Both the position numbers and the translations under genes were made by a program. Source: Macrostomum hystrix (taxonomy: Eukaryota > Animalia > Platyhelminthes). Taken from it: a DNA stretch of 64,000 nt. Where the stretch lies: contig CATNEN010000007.1 of assembly GCA_950097015.1 (NCBI GenBank), positions 4,030,001 to 4,094,000 on the forward strand. Direction: 5' to 3'. The notes below the pieces were generated by a model that was not told where the DNA came from, ran no database searches, and worked only from the letters and a program-made list of their open reading frames with translations. Shown one piece after another: positions 63,486-64,000 of this stretch; the first letter of the stretch is position 1; every line of letters starts with the position of its first letter.

Positions 63486-64000
63486 CGACAGGCTGCTCCT
63501 CTGCGGCAGCCGCCTGCGTCATAGTCGTTCGGGTGTCACGGTTGTCACGGTTGTGTCTAACATATGTTTAGCATGTGTCTAACATGTGTCTAACATGTGT
63601 CTAACATGTCTCTAGCGTTTGTCTTACAGTTTCTTAAAAAAATGACACGTAGAAAAATTTAGAAATCCCGGCACTCAAGCGGTCTTACCTCGGCGATCTC
63701 TGACTGTAGGTCACAATGTCCTCGGCTTCCATGGAATTCCACATGGTGGACTGCGCGCAGTGTCTGTCCAAATGTCAAGCTTGAAGACGAAACTGATGAA
63801 GTCGCGGAAATCTCGCAGAAATCGGCTCTCACTGACCTGAGCGGCGGAAGTTTTGCGCCAGAAATTATAGAAAACTTTTCCCCTTCCCCTCCGCTGAGGC
63901 AACATCCCCGCCCGACAATTCTCCCCATTGGCTGAGCCCCTGGCTTCCGAAAACACTCCTCAGAAGCTCCCTCCCCCCGCCCTGTTTTGCCCTGCGATTT

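Overview
Eukaryotic (metazoan) genomic DNA with spliced genes whose introns are filled by minisatellites. The style suggests an invertebrate such as a Macrostomum-like flatworm, which is inference only. Host genes: a LIV-1-type ZIP/SLC39 zinc transporter (-, 5' exons unresolved), a C-type lectin pseudogene, a Cys-rich exon, a CDC34/UBE2R E2 enzyme, a DM9-repeat protein, an intronless Sm D2 (SNRPD2) and a two-finger MYT1-like C2HC protein (-). The main feature is a 17.8-kb DNA transposon (26893-44656) with ~575-bp near-identical terminal inverted repeats (TIRs) and a 7-bp (or 8-bp) target-site duplication (TSD). It carries an apparently intact 9-exon KDZ (Kyakuja-Dileera-Zisupton) transposase and a convergent 5-exon HMG-box-like gene that the ORF track misses, plus nested mariners, a hairpin element and a SINE. 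A second complete element (51072-54352) is a Mutator/Phantom-like transposon with a 9-bp TSD and an intact PHD-FLYWCH-DDE transposase. Most long ORFs in the track are translations of tandem repeats. All exon models were derived by hand from GT-AG sites and phase arithmetic, without RNA evidence or database searches.
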